64,000 bases of DNA, from NCBI RefSeq assembly GCF_009914755.1, contig NC_060933.1; one strand, written 5' to 3'. This document shows positions 42,701 to 58,009 of the stretch, in pieces (within the stretch, counting starts at the first letter, position 1; every line of letters starts with the position of its first letter). A program made the position numbers and the translations under genes. Source of the stretch: the human T2T-CHM13v2.0 reference genome, Homo sapiens. Under the pieces are notes generated by a model, which had not been told where the DNA came from, made no database searches, and was given only the letters and a program-made list of their open reading frames with translations.

Positions 42701-45700
42701 TGGAATGGAATGGAATGGAATGGAATGGAATAAACCCGAGTGCAATGGAATGGAGTGGAATGGAATGGAATGGAATGGAACAACCCGAATGGAATGGAAT
42801 GTAATGGAGAGTAAGGGAGTTGAATAGAATCAATCCGAATGTAATGGAATGGAATGGAAAGGAATCGAGTTGAATAGAATGGAATGGAATGCAATGGAAT
42901 GGAATCAACCCGAGTGCAATGGAATGGAGAGGAATGGAATGGAATGGAATGGAAACTACCCGAATGGAATGGAATGGAATGGAGTGTAAGGGAATTGAAT
43001 AGAATCAATCCGAATGTAATGGAATGGAATGGAACGGAACGGAATGGAATGGAATGGAATGGAATGGAATGGAATGGAATGCAATGGAATGGAATCAACC
43101 CGAGTGCAATCGAATGGAATCGAATGGAATGGAATGCAATGGAATGGATTCAACTTGAATGGAATGGAAAGAATGGAATCAACACGAGTGGAAGGGCATG
43201 GATTGGAATGCAATGGAATGGAATCAACCTGAGTACAGGGGAATGGAATGGAACGGAATGCAATGGAATGGAATCATCCGTAATGGAATGGAAAGGAATG
43301 GAATGGAATGGAATGGAATGGAATGGAATGGAATGGAATGGAATCAACTCGATTGCAATCGAATGGAATGGAATGGAATTAACCCAAATAGAATGGAATG
43401 GAATGGAATGGAACGGAACGGAATGGAATGGAATGGAATGGAATGGAATGGAATGGAATGGAACGGAACGGAATGGAATGGAATGGAATGGAATGGAATG
43501 GAATCAACGCGAGTGCAGGGGAATGGAATGGAATGGAATGCAATGGAATGGAATCTTCCGGAATGGAATGGAATGGAATGGAATGGAATGGAATGGAATC
43601 AACCCGAGTGCAATGGAATGGAGTGGAATGGAATGGAATGGAATGGAACAACCCGAATGGAATGGAATGTAATGGAGAGTAAGGGAGTTGAATAGAATCA
43701 ATCCGAATGTAATGGAATGGAATGGAACGGAATGGAATTGAATGGAATGGAATGGAATGCAATGGAATGGAATCAACCCGAGTTCAATGGAATGGAGAGG
43801 AATGGAATGGAATGGAATGGAAATTACCCGAATGGAATGTAATGTAATGGAGTGTAAGGGAATTGAATAGAATCAATCCGAATGTAATGGAATGGAATAG
43901 AACGGAATGTAATGGAATGGAATGGAATGGAATGGAATGGAATGGAATGCAATGGAATGGAATCACCCCGAGTGCAATCGAATGGAATCGAATGGAATGG
44001 AATGCAATGGAATGGATTCAACTTGAATGGAATGGAAAGAATGGAATCAACACGAGTGGAATGGCATGGATTGGAATGGAATGGAATGGAATCAACCCGA
44101 GTACAGGGGAATGGAATGGAATGGAATGCAATGGAATGGAATCATCCGTAATGGAATGGAAAGGAATGGAATGGAATGGAATGGAATGGAATGGAATGGA
44201 ATGGAATCAACCCGAGTGCAGGGGAATGGAATGGAATGCAATGCAATGGAATGGAATGGAATGGAATGGAGTGGAATGGAATGGAATCAACCCGAGTGCA
44301 GGGGAATGGAATGGAATGGAATGCAATGGAATGGAATCATCCGGAATGGAATGGAATGGAATGGAATGCAAAGCAATGGAATCAACTCGATTGCAATGGA
44401 ATGGAATGGAATGGAAAGGAATACATTGGAATCAACCCGAGTGGAATGGAATGGAAAGGACTGGAATGGAGTGGAATGGAATGGAATGCAATTTAATGGA
44501 ATGGAATGGAGTCAACTTGATTGGAATGGAATGGAATGGAATGGAATGGAATGGAATGGAATGGAATCAACCCGACTGCAGGGGAATGGAATGCAATGGA
44601 ATGCAATGGAATGGATTCAACTTGAATGGAATGAAAAGAATGGAATCAACACGAGTGGAATGGCATGGATTGGAATGGAATGGAATGGAATCAACCCGAG
44701 TACAGGGGAATGGAATGGAACGGAATGCAATGGAATGGAATCATCCGTAATGGAATGGAAAGGAATGGAATGGAATGGAATGGAATGGAATGGAATGGAA
44801 TGGAATCAACTCGATTGCAATCGAATGGAGTGGAATGGAATTAACCCGAATAGAATGGAATGGAATGGAATGGAACGGAACGGAATGGAATGGAATGGAA
44901 TGGAATGGAATGGAACGGAACGGAATGGAATGGAATGGAATGGAATGGAATGGAATGGAATCAACGCGAGTGCAGGGGAATGGAATGGAATGGAATGAAA
45001 TGGAATGGAATCTTCCGGAATGGAATGGAATTGAATGGAATGGAATGGAATGGTATGGAATAAACCCGAGTGTAATGGAATGGAGTGGAATGGAATGGAA
45101 TGGAATGGAACAACCCGAATGGAATGGAATGTAATGGAGACTAAGGGAGTTGAATAGAATCAATCCAAATGTAATGGAATGGAATGGAACGGAATGGAAT
45201 TGAAAGGAATGGAATGGAATGCAATGGAATGGAAACTTCCGGAATGGAATGGAATGGAATGGAATGGAATGAAATGCAATGGATTCAACTCGATTGCAAT
45301 GGAATGGAATAGAACTGAATGGAATGGAATGGAATGGAACTAATCCGAATAGAATGGAATGGAATGGAATGGGAATAACCTGAATAGAATGGAATGGAAT
45401 GGAATGGAACGGAATGGAACGGAATGGAATGGAATGCAATGGAATGGAATGGAACGGAATGGAATGGTATGGAATGGAATGGAATGGTACGGAATAGAAT
45501 GGAATGGAACGAATTGTAATGGAATGGAATTGAATGGAATGGAATGGAATGGAATGGAATCAACGTGAGCGCAGGGGAATGTAATGGAACGGAATGCAAT
45601 GGAATGGAATAATCCGGAATGGAATGGAATGGAATGGAATGGAATGGAATGGAATGGAACAACCCGAATGGAATGGAATATAATGGAGAGTAAGGGAGTT

Positions 45701-48204
45701 GAATAGAATCAATCGGAATGTAACGGAATGGAATGCAACGGAATGGAATGGAATGGAATGGAATGGAATGGAATGGAATGGAATGCAAAGGAATGGAATC
45801 AACCCGAGTGGAATGGCATGGAATGGAATGCAATGGAATGGAATGGAATGGTATCAACTCGAGTAGAAAGGAATGGAATGGAATGGAAAGTAATGGAATG
45901 AAATCAACTCGAGTGGAATGGAATGGAATGGATTGGAATGAATTGCAATGGAATGAAATGGAATGGAATGGAATGGAATCAATGATTCCGAGTGGAATGG
46001 AAGGGAATGTAAAGGAGTGGAAAGAAGGGAATGGAATCAACCCGATTGGAATGCAAGGCAATGGAATGGAATGGAAAGGAATGGAATGGAATCAACTCGA
46101 TTGCAATGGAATGGAATGGAATGGAATGGAATGGAATGGAATGGAATGGAATTAACCGGAATAGAATGGAATGCAATGGAATGGAACGGAATGGAATGGA
46201 ATAGAAGGTAATGGAATCAACACGAGTGCAGGGGAATGGAATGGAATGGAATGCAATGGAATGGAATGGAATCATCCGGAATGGAATGGAATGGAATGGA
46301 ATCAACTCCATTGCAATGGAATGGAATGGAATGGAATGGAATATAATGGAATGGAATTAACCCGAATAGAATGGAATGCAATAGAATGGAATGGAACGGA
46401 ACCGAATGGAGTGGAATGGAATGGAATGGAATCAACCTGAGTGCAGGGGAATGGAATGGAATGGAATGCAATGGAATGGAATCATCTGGAAAGGAATGGA
46501 ATGGAATGGAATGGAATGGAATCAAACCAAGTGCAATGGAATGGAGTGAAATGGATTGGAATGGAATGGAAACAACCAGAATGGATGGGAATATAATGGA
46601 GTGTTAGGGAATTGAATAGAATCAATCTGAATGTAATGAAATGGAATGGAACGGAATGGAATGGAATGGAATGGAATCGAATGGAATGGAATGGAATGGA
46701 ATCAACCGGAGTGGAATGGCATGGAATGGAATGCAATGGAATGGAATGGAATGGAATGGAATAGTTCGAAATAGAATGGGTTGCAACAAAATGGAATGGA
46801 ATGGAATGGAATGGAATGGAATCAAGTCGATTGCAGTGGAATAGAATGGAATGGAATGGAACGGATTGGAATGGAATGGAATGGAATGGAATTAAATGGA
46901 ATGGAAAGGAATGGAATCAACCCGAGTGTAGGGGAAAGGAATGGAATGGATTGCAATGGAATGGAATGGAATGGAATGGAATGGAATGGAATGGAATCCA
47001 CCCGAGTGGAATGGCATGGAATGGAATGCAAAGGAATGGAATGGAATGGAATCAACTCGAGTGGAAAGGAATGGAATGGAATGGAAAGGAATGCAATGAA
47101 GTCAACTCGAGTGGAATGGAATATAATGGAATGGATTGGAATGGATTGCAATGGAATGAAATGGAATGGAATGGAATGGAATCAATCATTCCAAGTGGAA
47201 TGGAAGGGAATGTAATGGAGTGGAAAGAAGGGAATGGAATCAACCCGAGTGGAATGCAAGGCAATGGAATGGAATGGAAACGAATGGAATGGAATAAACT
47301 CGATTGCAATCGAATGGAATGGAATGGAATGGAATGGAAAGGAATGGAATGGAATGAAATGGGATGGAATGGAATGCAATGGAATGGAATCAACCTGAGT
47401 GCAATCGAATGGAATCGAATGGAATGGAATGCAATGGAATGGATTCAAATTGAATGGAATGGAAAGAATGGAATCAACACGAGTGGAATGGCATGGATTG
47501 GAATGGAATGGAATGGAATCAACCCGAGTACAGGGGAATGGAATGGAATGGAATGCAATGGAATGGAATCATCCGTAATGGAAAGGAAAGGAATGGAATG
47601 GAATGGAATGGAATGGAATGGAATGGAATGGAATCAACTCGATTGCAATCGAATGGAATGGAATGGAATTAACCCGAATAGAATGGAATGGAATGGAATG
47701 GAACGGAACGGAACGGAATGGAATGGAATGGAATGGAATGGAACAGAAAGGAATGGAATGGAATGGAATGGAATGGAATGGAATCAACGCGAGTGCAGGG
47801 GAATAGAATGTAATGGAATGTAATGGAATGGAATCTTCCGGAATGGAATGGAATGGAATGGAATCAACCCGAGTGCAATGGAATGGAGTGGAATGGAATG
47901 GAATGGAATGGAACAACCTGAATGGAATCGAATGTAATGGAGAGTAAGGGAGTTGAATAGAATCAATCCGAATGTAATGGAATGGAATGGAACGGAATGG
48001 AATTGAATGGAATGGAATGGAATGCAATGGAATGGAATCAACCCGAGTGCAATGGAATGGAGAGGAAGGGAATGGAATGGAGTGGAAACTACCCGAATGG
48101 AATGGAATGTAATGGAGTGTAAGGGAATTGAATAGAATCAATCCGAATGTAATGGAATGGAATGGAACGGAATGGAATGGAATGGAATGGAATGGAAAGA
48201 AGGG

Positions 48205-48232
48205 AATGGAATCAACCCGACTTGATTCCATT
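48205..48232. other. Left inversion junction: 11 bp perfect inverted repeat with 6 nt loop
   Basis: AATGGAATCAA-cccgac-TTGATTCCATT. Confidence 0.9.
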
Positions 48233-48955
48233 GCTTTGCATTCCGTTCCATTCCATTCCTTTTCATTGTATTCGGGTTAATTCCATTGCATTCCATTCCA
48301 TTCCTTTCCATTCCATTCCATTCCATTACAATGGAGTTGATTCCATTCCATTCCATTCCATTCCATTCCATTCCAGTCCTTTCCATTCCATTCCACTCGG
48401 GTTGATTCCATTCTATTAGTTTCCATTCCATTCCATTCCCTTCCATTCCACTCTGGTTGATTCCATTCCTTTCCATTTCACTCGAATACATTCCCTCCTA
48501 TTCCACTCGGAACGATTCCATTCCATTCCATTCCATTCCATTCCATTCCATTCCATTTCGTTCCATTCCATTCTATTCCATACCATTCCATTCCATTCCA
48601 TTCCATTCCATTCCATTCCATTCCACTCGTGTTGATTACATTCCTTTCCATTGCATTCAGTTTGAAGGCATTCCATTCCATTCCATTCCATTCCATTCCA
48701 TTCCATTCCGGATGATTCCATTCCATTGCATTCCGTTCCATTACATTCCCCTGCACTCGCGTTGATTCCATTCCATTCCATTCAATTCCATTCAATTCCA
48801 TTGCATTACAATTCGTTCCATTCCATTCTATTCCGTACCATTCCATTCCATTCCATACAATTCCATTCCATTCCATTCCATTCCATTCCATTCCATTCCG
48901 TTCCATTCCGTTCCATTCCATTCCATTCCATTCTATTCGGGTTAATTCCATTCCA

Positions 48956-49185
48956 TTCCATTCCATTCCATTCTATTCCATTCCATTGCAATCGAGTTGA
49001 ATCCATTGCATTTCATTCCATTCCATTCCATTCCATTCCATTCCGGAAGATTCCATTCCATTGCATTCCATTCCATTCCATTCCATTCTATTCCATTCCA
49101 TTGCAATCGAGTTGAATCCATTGCATTTCATTCCATTCCATTCCATTCCATTCCATTCCGGAAGATTCCATTCCATTGCATTCCA
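48956..49185 (-). repeat. 115 bp (23-pentamer) tandem duplication
   Basis: TTCTA (48971/49086), TTGCAATCGAGTTGAATCC (48986/49101) and GGAAGA (49045/49160) all recur at exactly +115. Confidence 0.9.
49040..49054. promoter_or_regulatory. HSE motif copy inside the inverted block
   Basis: ATTCC-GGAAG-ATTCC = nTTCnnGAAnnTTCn, duplicated at 49155-49169. Confidence 0.55.
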
Positions 49186-51340
49186 TTCCATTCCATTCCC
49201 CTGCACTCGCATTGATTCCATTCCATTCCATTCCATTCCGTTCCATTCCATTCCGTTCCGTTCTGTTCCGTTCCATTCCATTCCATTCCATTCCATTCCA
49301 TTCCGTTCCGTTCCATTCCATTCCTTTCCATTCTATTTGGGTTAATTCCATTCCATTCCATTCGATTGCAATCGAGTTGATTCCATTCCATTCCATTCCA
49401 TTCCATTCCATTCCATTCAATTCCATTCCGTTCCATTCCATTCCATTACATTCGGATTGATTCTATTCAACTCCCTTACTCTCCATTACATTCCATTCTA
49501 TTCGGGTTGTTCCATTCCATTCCATTCCATTCCACTCCATTCCATTGCACTCGGGTTGATTCCATTCCATTCAATTCCATTCCGCAAGATTCCATTCCAT
49601 TGCATTCCATTCCATTCCATTCCCCTGCACTCGCGTTGATTCCATTCCATTCCATTCCATTCCATTCCATTCCATTCCATTCCATTCCTTTCCCTTCCAT
49701 TCCATTCCATTCCATTCCATTCCATTCCATTCCGTTCCTTTCCGTTCCATTCCATTCCATTCCATTCTATTCGGGTTAATTCCATTCCATTCCATTCGAT
49801 TGCGATCGAGTTGATTCCATTCCATTCCACTGCATTCCATTCCATTCCATTCCATTCCTTTCCATTCCATTACGGATGATTCCATTCCATTGCATTCCAT
49901 TCCATTCCATTCCCCTGTACTCGGGTTGATTCCATTCCATTCCATTCCAATCCATGCCATTCCACTCGTGTTGATTCCATTCTTTCCATTCCATTCAAGT
50001 TGAATCCATTCCATTGCATTCCATTCCATTCGATTCCATTCGATTTCACTCGGGTTGATTCCATGGCATTGCATTCCATTCTATTCCATTCCATTCCATT
50101 CCATTCCATTCCTTTATATTCCATTCCATTCCATTTGGATTCATTCTAATCAATTCCCTTACACTCCATTACATTCCATTCCATTCGGGTAGTTTCCATT
50201 CCATTCCATTCCATTCCATTCCTCTCCATTCCATTGCACACGGGTTGATTTCATTCTATTCCACTCCATTCCATTCCATTCCATTCCATTCCATTCCGGA
50301 TGATTCCATTCCATTGAATTCCATTCCATTCCATTCCCCTGTACTTGGGTTGATTCCATTCCATTCCATTCCAATCCATGCCATTCCACTCGTGTTGATT
50401 CCATTCTTTCCATTCCATTCAAGTTGAATCCATTGCATTGCATTCCATTCCATTCGATTCCATTCCATTCCATTCTATTCCGTTCCATTCCATTCCATTA
50501 CATTCGGATTGATTCTTTTCAACTCCCTTACTCTCCATTACATTCCATTCCATTCGGGTTGTTCCATTCCATTCCATTCCATTCCACTCCATTCCATTGC
50601 ACTCGGGTTGATTCCATTCCATTCCATTCCATTCCATTCCATTCCATTCCATTCCATTCCATTCCCCTGCACTCGCGTTGATTCCATTCCATTCCATTCC
50701 ATTCCATTCCATTCCATTCCATTCCTTTCCGTTCCATTCCATTCCATTCCATTCAATTCCGTTCCATTCCATTCCATTCCTTTCCATTCTATTCGGGTTA
50801 ATTCCATTCCATTCCATTCGATTGCAATCGAGTTGATTCCATTCTATTCCATTCCATTCCATTGCATTCCATTCCATTCCTTTCCATTCCATTCCGGATG
50901 ATTCCATTCCATTGCATTCCGTTCCATTACATTCCCCTGCACTCGGGTTGATTCCATTCCATTCCATTCCATTCCATTCGATTCCATTCCATTCCAATTC
51001 TTTCCTTTCCATTCTATTCCGTACCATTCCATTCCATTCCATACCATTCCATTCCATTCCATTCCATTCCGTTCCATTCCGTTCCATTCCATTCCATTCC
51101 ATTCGGATTCATTCTATTCAATTCCCTTACACTCCATTACATTACATTCCAATCGTGTAGTTTCCATTCCATTCCATTCCATTCCTCTCCATTCCATTGC
51201 ACTCGGGTTGATTCCATTCCATTCCATTCCATTCCATTCCATTCCATTCCATTCCATTCCGGATGGTTCCATTCCATTGCATTCCATTCCATTCCATTCC
51301 CCTGCACTCGGGTTGATTCCATTCCATTCCGTTCCATTCC

Positions 51341-52440
51341 ATTCCATTCCGTTCCATTCCATTCCATTACATTCGGATTTATTCTATTCAACTCCGTTAC
51401 TCTCCATTACTTTCCATTCCATTCGGGTTGTTCCATTCCATTCCATTCCATTCCACTCCATTGCATTGCACTCGGGTTGATTCCATTCCATTCCATTCCA
51501 TTCCATTCCATTCCATTCCGGATGATTCCATTCCATTGCATTCCGTTCCATTACATTCCCCTGCACTCGCGTTGATTCCATTCCATTCCATTCCATTCCA
51601 TACCATTCCATTCCATTCCATTCCATTCCATTCCATTCCATTCCTTTCCATTCCATTACGGATGATTCCATTCCATTGCATTCCATTCCATTCCATTCCC
51701 CTGTACTTGGGTTGATTCCATTCCATTCCATTCAAATCCATGCCATTCAACTCGTGTTGATTCCATTCTTTCCATTCCATTCAAGTTGAATCCATTCCAT
51801 TGCATTCCATTCCATTCGATTCCATTGGATTGCACTCGGGTTGATTCCATACCATTGCATTCCATTCCATTCCATTCCATTCCATTCCGTTCCATTCCAT
51901 TCCATTACATTCGGATTTATTCTATTCAACTCCGTTACTCTCCATTACTTTCCATTCCATAAGGGTTGTTCCATTCCATTCCATTCCATTCCACTCCATT
52001 GCATTGCACTCGTGTTGATTCCATTCCATTCCATTCCATTCCATTCCATTCCATTCCGGATGATTCCATTCCATTGCATTCCGTTCCATTACATTCCCCT
52101 GCACTCGCGTTGATTCCATTCCATTCCATTCCATTCCATACCATTCCATTCCATTCCATTCCATTCCATTCCATTCCATTCCATTCCTTTCCATTCCATT
52201 ACGGATGATTCCATTCCATTGCATTCCATTCCATTCCATTCCCCTGTACTTGGGTTGATTCCATTCCATTCCATTCAAATCCATGCCATTCAACTCGTGT
52301 TGATTCCATTCTTTCCATTCCATTCAAGTTGAATCCATTCCATTGCATTCCATTCCATTCGATTCCATTCGATTGCACTCGGGTTGATTCCATTCCATTG
52401 CATTCCATTCCATTCCATTCCATTCCATTCCATTCTATTC
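51341..52440 (-). repeat. ~540 bp tandem duplication inside the inverted block
   Basis: Private variants GGATTTATTC...TCCGTTAC...TTACTTTCC at 51375 and 51913 (+538), and TTCAAATCCATGCCATTCAA at 51731 and 52274 (+543). Boundaries approximate. Confidence 0.9.
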
Positions 52441-55400
52441 CGTTCCATTCCATTCCATTACATTCGGATTGATTCTTTTCAACTCCCTTACTCTCCATTA
52501 CATTCCATTCCATTCGGGTTGTTCCATTCCATTCCATTCCATTCCACTCCATTACATTGCACTCGGGTTGATTCCATTCCATTCCATTCCATTCCATTCC
52601 ATTCCATTCCCCTGCACTCGCGTTGATTCCATTCCATTCCATTCCATTCCATTCCATTTCATTCCTTTCCGTTCCATTCCATTCCATTCCATTCAATTCC
52701 GTTCCGTTCCATTCCATTCCATTCCATTCTATTCGGGTTAATTCCATTCCATTCCATTCGATTGCAATCGAGTTGATTCCATTCTATTCCATTCCATTCC
52801 ATTCCATTCCATTCCATTCCTTTCCATTCCATTCCGGATGATTCCATTCCATTGCATTCCGATCCATTACATTCCCCTGCACTCGGGTTGATTCCATTCC
52901 ATTCCATTCCATTCCATTCCATTCCATTCCAATTCTTTCCTTTCCATTCTATTCCGTACCATTCCATTCCATTCCATACCATTCCATTCCATTCCATTCC
53001 ATTCCATTCCATTCCATTCCATTCCATTGCATTCCGTTCCATTCCGTTCCATTCCATTCCATTCCATTCGGATTCATTCTATTCAATTCCCTTACACTCC
53101 ATTACATTACATTCCAATCGGGTAGTTTCCATTCCATTCCATTCCATTCCTCTCCATTTCATTGCACTCGGGTTGATTCCATTCCATTCCATTCCAATCC
53201 ATTCCATTCCATTCCATTCCGGATGATTCCATTCCATTGCATTCCATTCCATTCCATTCCCCTGCACTCGGGTTGATTCCATTCCATTCCATTCCATTCC
53301 ATTACATTCCGTTCCATTCCATTCCATTCCATTCGGATTGATTCTATTCAATTCCCTTACACTCCATTACATTCCATTCCATTCGGGTAGTTTCCATTCC
53401 ATTCCATTCTATTCCTCTCCATTCCATTGCACTCGGGTTGATTCCATTCCATTCCATTCCATTATATTCCATTCCATTCCATTCCATTCCATTCCATTGT
53501 ACTCGGGTTGATTCCATTCCATTGCATTCCATTCCATTCCATTCCATTCCATTCCATTCCATTCCATTCCATACCGTTCCATTCCATTACTTTCGGATTG
53601 ATTCTATTCAACTCCCTTACTCTCCATTACATTACATTCCATTCGGGTTGTTCCATTCCATTCCATTCCATTCCACTCCATTCCATTGCACTCGGGTTGA
53701 TTCCATTCCATTCCATTCCATTCCATTCCATTCCGGATGATTCCATTCCATTGCATTCCGTTCCACTACATTCCCCTGCACTCGGGTTGATTCCATTCCA
53801 TTCCATTCCATTCCATTCCATTCCATTCCATTCCATTCCATTCTATTCCGTACCATTCCATTCCATTCCATACAATTCCATTCCATTCCATTCCATTCCA
53901 TTCCATTCCATTCCGTTCCGTTCCGTTCCGTTCCATTCCATTCCATTCCATTCTATTCGGGTTAATTCCATTCCATTCCATTCCATTCCATTCTCTTCCA
54001 TTCCATTGCAATCGAGTTGAATCCATTGCATTCCATTCCTTTCCATTCCATTCCATTCCATTCCATTCCGGAAGATTCCATTCCATTGCATTCCATTCCA
54101 TTCGATTCCCCTGCACTCGCGTTGATTCCATTCCATTCCATTCCATTCCATTCCATTCCATTCCATTCCATTCCATTCCATTCCTTTCCGTTCCATTCCA
54201 TTCCATTCCGTTCCGTTCCGTTCCGTTCCGTTCCATTCCATTCCATTCCATTCCATTCGATTCCATTCCATTCCAATTCTTTCCATTCCTTTCTATTCCG
54301 TACCATTCCATTCCATTCCATACAATTCCATTCCATTCCATTCCATTCCATTCCATTCCGTTCCGTTCCGTTCCGTTCAATTCCATTCCATTCCAATCTA
54401 TTCGGGTTAATTCCATTCCATTCCATTCCATTCCATTCTATTCCATTCTATTGCAATCGAGTTGAATCCATTGCATTCCATTCCATTCCATTCCATTCCA
54501 TTCCAGAAGATTCCATTCCATTGCATTCCATTCCATTCCATTCCCCTGCACTCGCGTTGATTCCATTCCATTCCATTCCATTCTATTCCATTCCATTCCC
54601 TTCCATTCCGTTCCATTCCATTCCATTCCATTCCTTTCCGTTCCGTTCCGTTCTATTCCATTCCATTTTATTCGGGTTAATTCCATTCCATTCCATTCGA
54701 TTGCAATCGAGTTGATTCCATTCCATTCCATTCCATTCCATTCATTTCCATTCCATTACGGATGATTCCATTCCATTGCATTACATTCCATTCCATTCCC
54801 CTGTACTCGGGTTGATTCCATTCCATTCCATTCCATTCCATTCCATTCCATTCCATTCCGGAAGATTCCATTCCATTGCATTCCATTCCTTTCCATTCCC
54901 CTACACTCGCGTTGATTCCATTCCATTCCATTCCATTCCATTCCATTCCATTCCATTCCATTCCGATCCGTTCCATTCCATTCCATTCCATTCCATTCCA
55001 TTCCATTCCGTTCCGTTCCATTCTATTCCACTCCATTCGATTGCAATCGAGTTGATTCCATTACACTCCATTCCATTCCATTCCATTCCATTCCATTCCA
55101 TTCCATTCCATTCCATTCCTTTCCATTACATTTCGGATGATTCCATTCCATTTCATTCCATTCCATTCCATTTCATTCCATTCCATTCCATTCCCCTGTA
55201 CTCGGGTTGATTCCATTCCATTCCATTCCAATCCATGCCATTCCACTCGTGTTGATTCCATTCTTTCCATTCCATTCAAGTTGAATCCATTCCATTGCAT
55301 TCCATTCCATTCGATTCCATTCGATTGCACTCGGGTTGATTCCATGGCATTGCATTCCATTCCATTCCATTCCATTCCATTCCATTCCATTCCATTCCAT

Positions 55401-58009
55401 TCGGATTCATTCTATTCAATTCCCTTACACTCCATTACATTCCATTCCATTCGGGTAGTTTCCATTCCATTCCATTCCATTCCTCTCCATTCCATTGCAC
55501 TCGGGTTGATTCCATTCCATTCCATTCCATTCCATTCCATTCCATTCCATTCCGGATGATTCCATTCCATGGAATTCCATTCCATTCCATTCCCCTGCAC
55601 TTGGGTTGATTCCATTCCATTCCATTCCATTCCTTTCTGTTCCATTCAATTCCATTCCATTCCATTCTATTCTTGTTAATTCCATTCCATTCTATTCCAT
55701 TCCATTCCATTGAAATCGAGTTGATTCCATTCCATTCCATTCCATTCCATTCCATTCCATTCCATTCCATTCTGGATGATTCCATTCCATTGCATTCCAT
55801 TCCATTCCATTCCCCTGCACTCGGGTTGATTCCATTCCATTCCATTCCATTACATTCCGTTCCATTCCGTTCCATTCCATTCTATTCGGGTTATTTCCAT
55901 TCCATTCCATTCCACTCCATTCCAGTCCTTTCCATTCCATTTTACTCGGGTTGATTCCATTCTATTCCTTTCCATTCCATTCCATTCCATTGCAATCGAG
56001 TTGATTCCATTCGAGTTGAATCCATTCCATTCCATTCCATTCCATTCCGTTGCACACGGGTTCATTCCATTCCATTCCATTCCATTCCATTCCATTTCAT
56101 TCCATTCCATTCTATTCCGTAGCATTCCATTCCATCCCATTCCATTCCGTTCCATTCCATTCCATTACACTCGGGTTGATTCCATTCCTTTCCATTCCAT
56201 TCTTGTTGAATCCATTCCATTCCATTCCATTCCATTCGAATCCATTCCATTGCACTCGGGTTGATTCCATTCCATTCCATTCCTTTCCATTTCATTCCAT
56301 TCCATTCCATTACATTCGGATTGATTCTATTCAATTCCCTTACACTCCATTCCCTTCCATTCCATTCGGTATGTTTCCATTCCATTCGATTCCATTCCAC
56401 TCCATTCCATTGCATCAGGTTGATTGCATTCCATTCCATTCCATTCCATTCCGGATGATTCCATTCCATTGCATTCCATTCCATTCCATTCCCCTGCACT
56501 CGGGTTGATTCCATTCCATTCCATTCCATTCCATTCCATTCCATTCCGTTCCGTTCCATTCCATTCCATTGCATTCTATTCCGGTTAATTCCATTCCATT
56601 CCATTCGATTCCATTCCATTCCATTCCATTCCATTGCAATCGAGTTGATTCCATTCCATTCCATTCCATTCCGTTCCGGATGATTCCATTCCATTCCATT
56701 CCATTCCATTCCATTCCATTCCATTCCCCTGCAGTCGGGTTGATTCCATTCCACTCCATTCCATTCCGTTCCATTCCATTCCATTCCATCCTATTCGGGT
56801 TAATTCCATTCCATTCCATTCCATTCCTTTACATTCCATTGCATTCCAATCGAGTTGATTCCATTCCATTCCATTCCATTCCATTCCACTCCATTCCAGT
56901 CCTTTCCATTCCATTCCACTCGGGTTGATTCCATTCCATTCCTTTCCATTCCATTCCATTCCATTGCAATCGAGTTGATTCCATTGCTTTGCATTCCATT
57001 CCATTCCATTCCATTCTGGATGATTCCATTCCATTGCATTCCATTCCATTCCATTCCCCTGCACTCGGGTTGATTCCATTCCATTCCACTCCATTCCGTT
57101 CCATTCCATTCCATTCCATTCCATTGTATTCGGGTTAATTCCATTCCATTCCATTCCATTCCATTCCATTCCATTACAATCGAGTTGATTCCATTCCATT
57201 CCATTCCATTCCATTCCATTCCATTCCAGTCCTTTCCATTCCATTCCACTCGGGTTGATTCCATTCTATTAGTTTCCATTCCATTCCATTCCCTTCCATT
57301 CCACTCTGGTTGATTCCATTCCTTTCCATTCCACTCGAATACATTCCCTCCTATTCCACTCGGAACGATTCCATTCCATTCCATTCCATTCCATTTCATT
57401 CCATTCAATTCCATTTCGTTCCATTCCATTCTATTCCGTACCATTCCATTCCATTCCATTACTTTCCATTCCATTCCATTCCACTCGTGTTGATTCCATT
57501 CCTTTCCATTCCATTCGGTTTGAAGGCATTCCATTCCATTCCATTCGATTCCATTCCATTCCATTCCATTCGATTCCATTCCATTCCATTCCATTGTACT
57601 CGGGTTGATTCCATTCCATTGCATTCCATTCCATTCCATTCCATTCCATTCCATTCCGTTGCATTCCATTCCATTACATTCGGATTGATTCTATTCAACT
57701 CCCTTACTCTCCATTACATTCCATTCCATTCGGGTTGTTTCATTCCATTCCATTCCATTCCATTCCATTCCATTGCACTCGGGTTGATTCCATTCCATTC
57801 CATTCCATTCCATTCCATTCCATTCCATTCCGGATGATTCCATTCCATTGCATTCCGTTCCATTACATTCCCCTGCACTCGCGTTGATTCCATTCCATTC
57901 CATTCCATTCCATTCAATTCCATTCCATTACAATTCGTTCCATTCCATTCTATTCCGTACCGTTCCATTCCATTCCATACCATTCCATTCCATTCCATTC
58001 CATTCCATT

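Larger units (their letters stand above)
1..48221 (+). repeat. Satellite III (HSat3) array, G-rich (GGAAT)n strand on +
   Basis: Continuous GGAAT pentamers interspersed with CAACCCGAGT/CAACTCGA-type decamers, the classical Satellite III signature. No unique sequence seen. Confidence 0.97.

Noticed and set aside
48138-48491. Chimeric MEWNG/HSIPF ORFs
   Set aside because: They simply read across the inversion junction.
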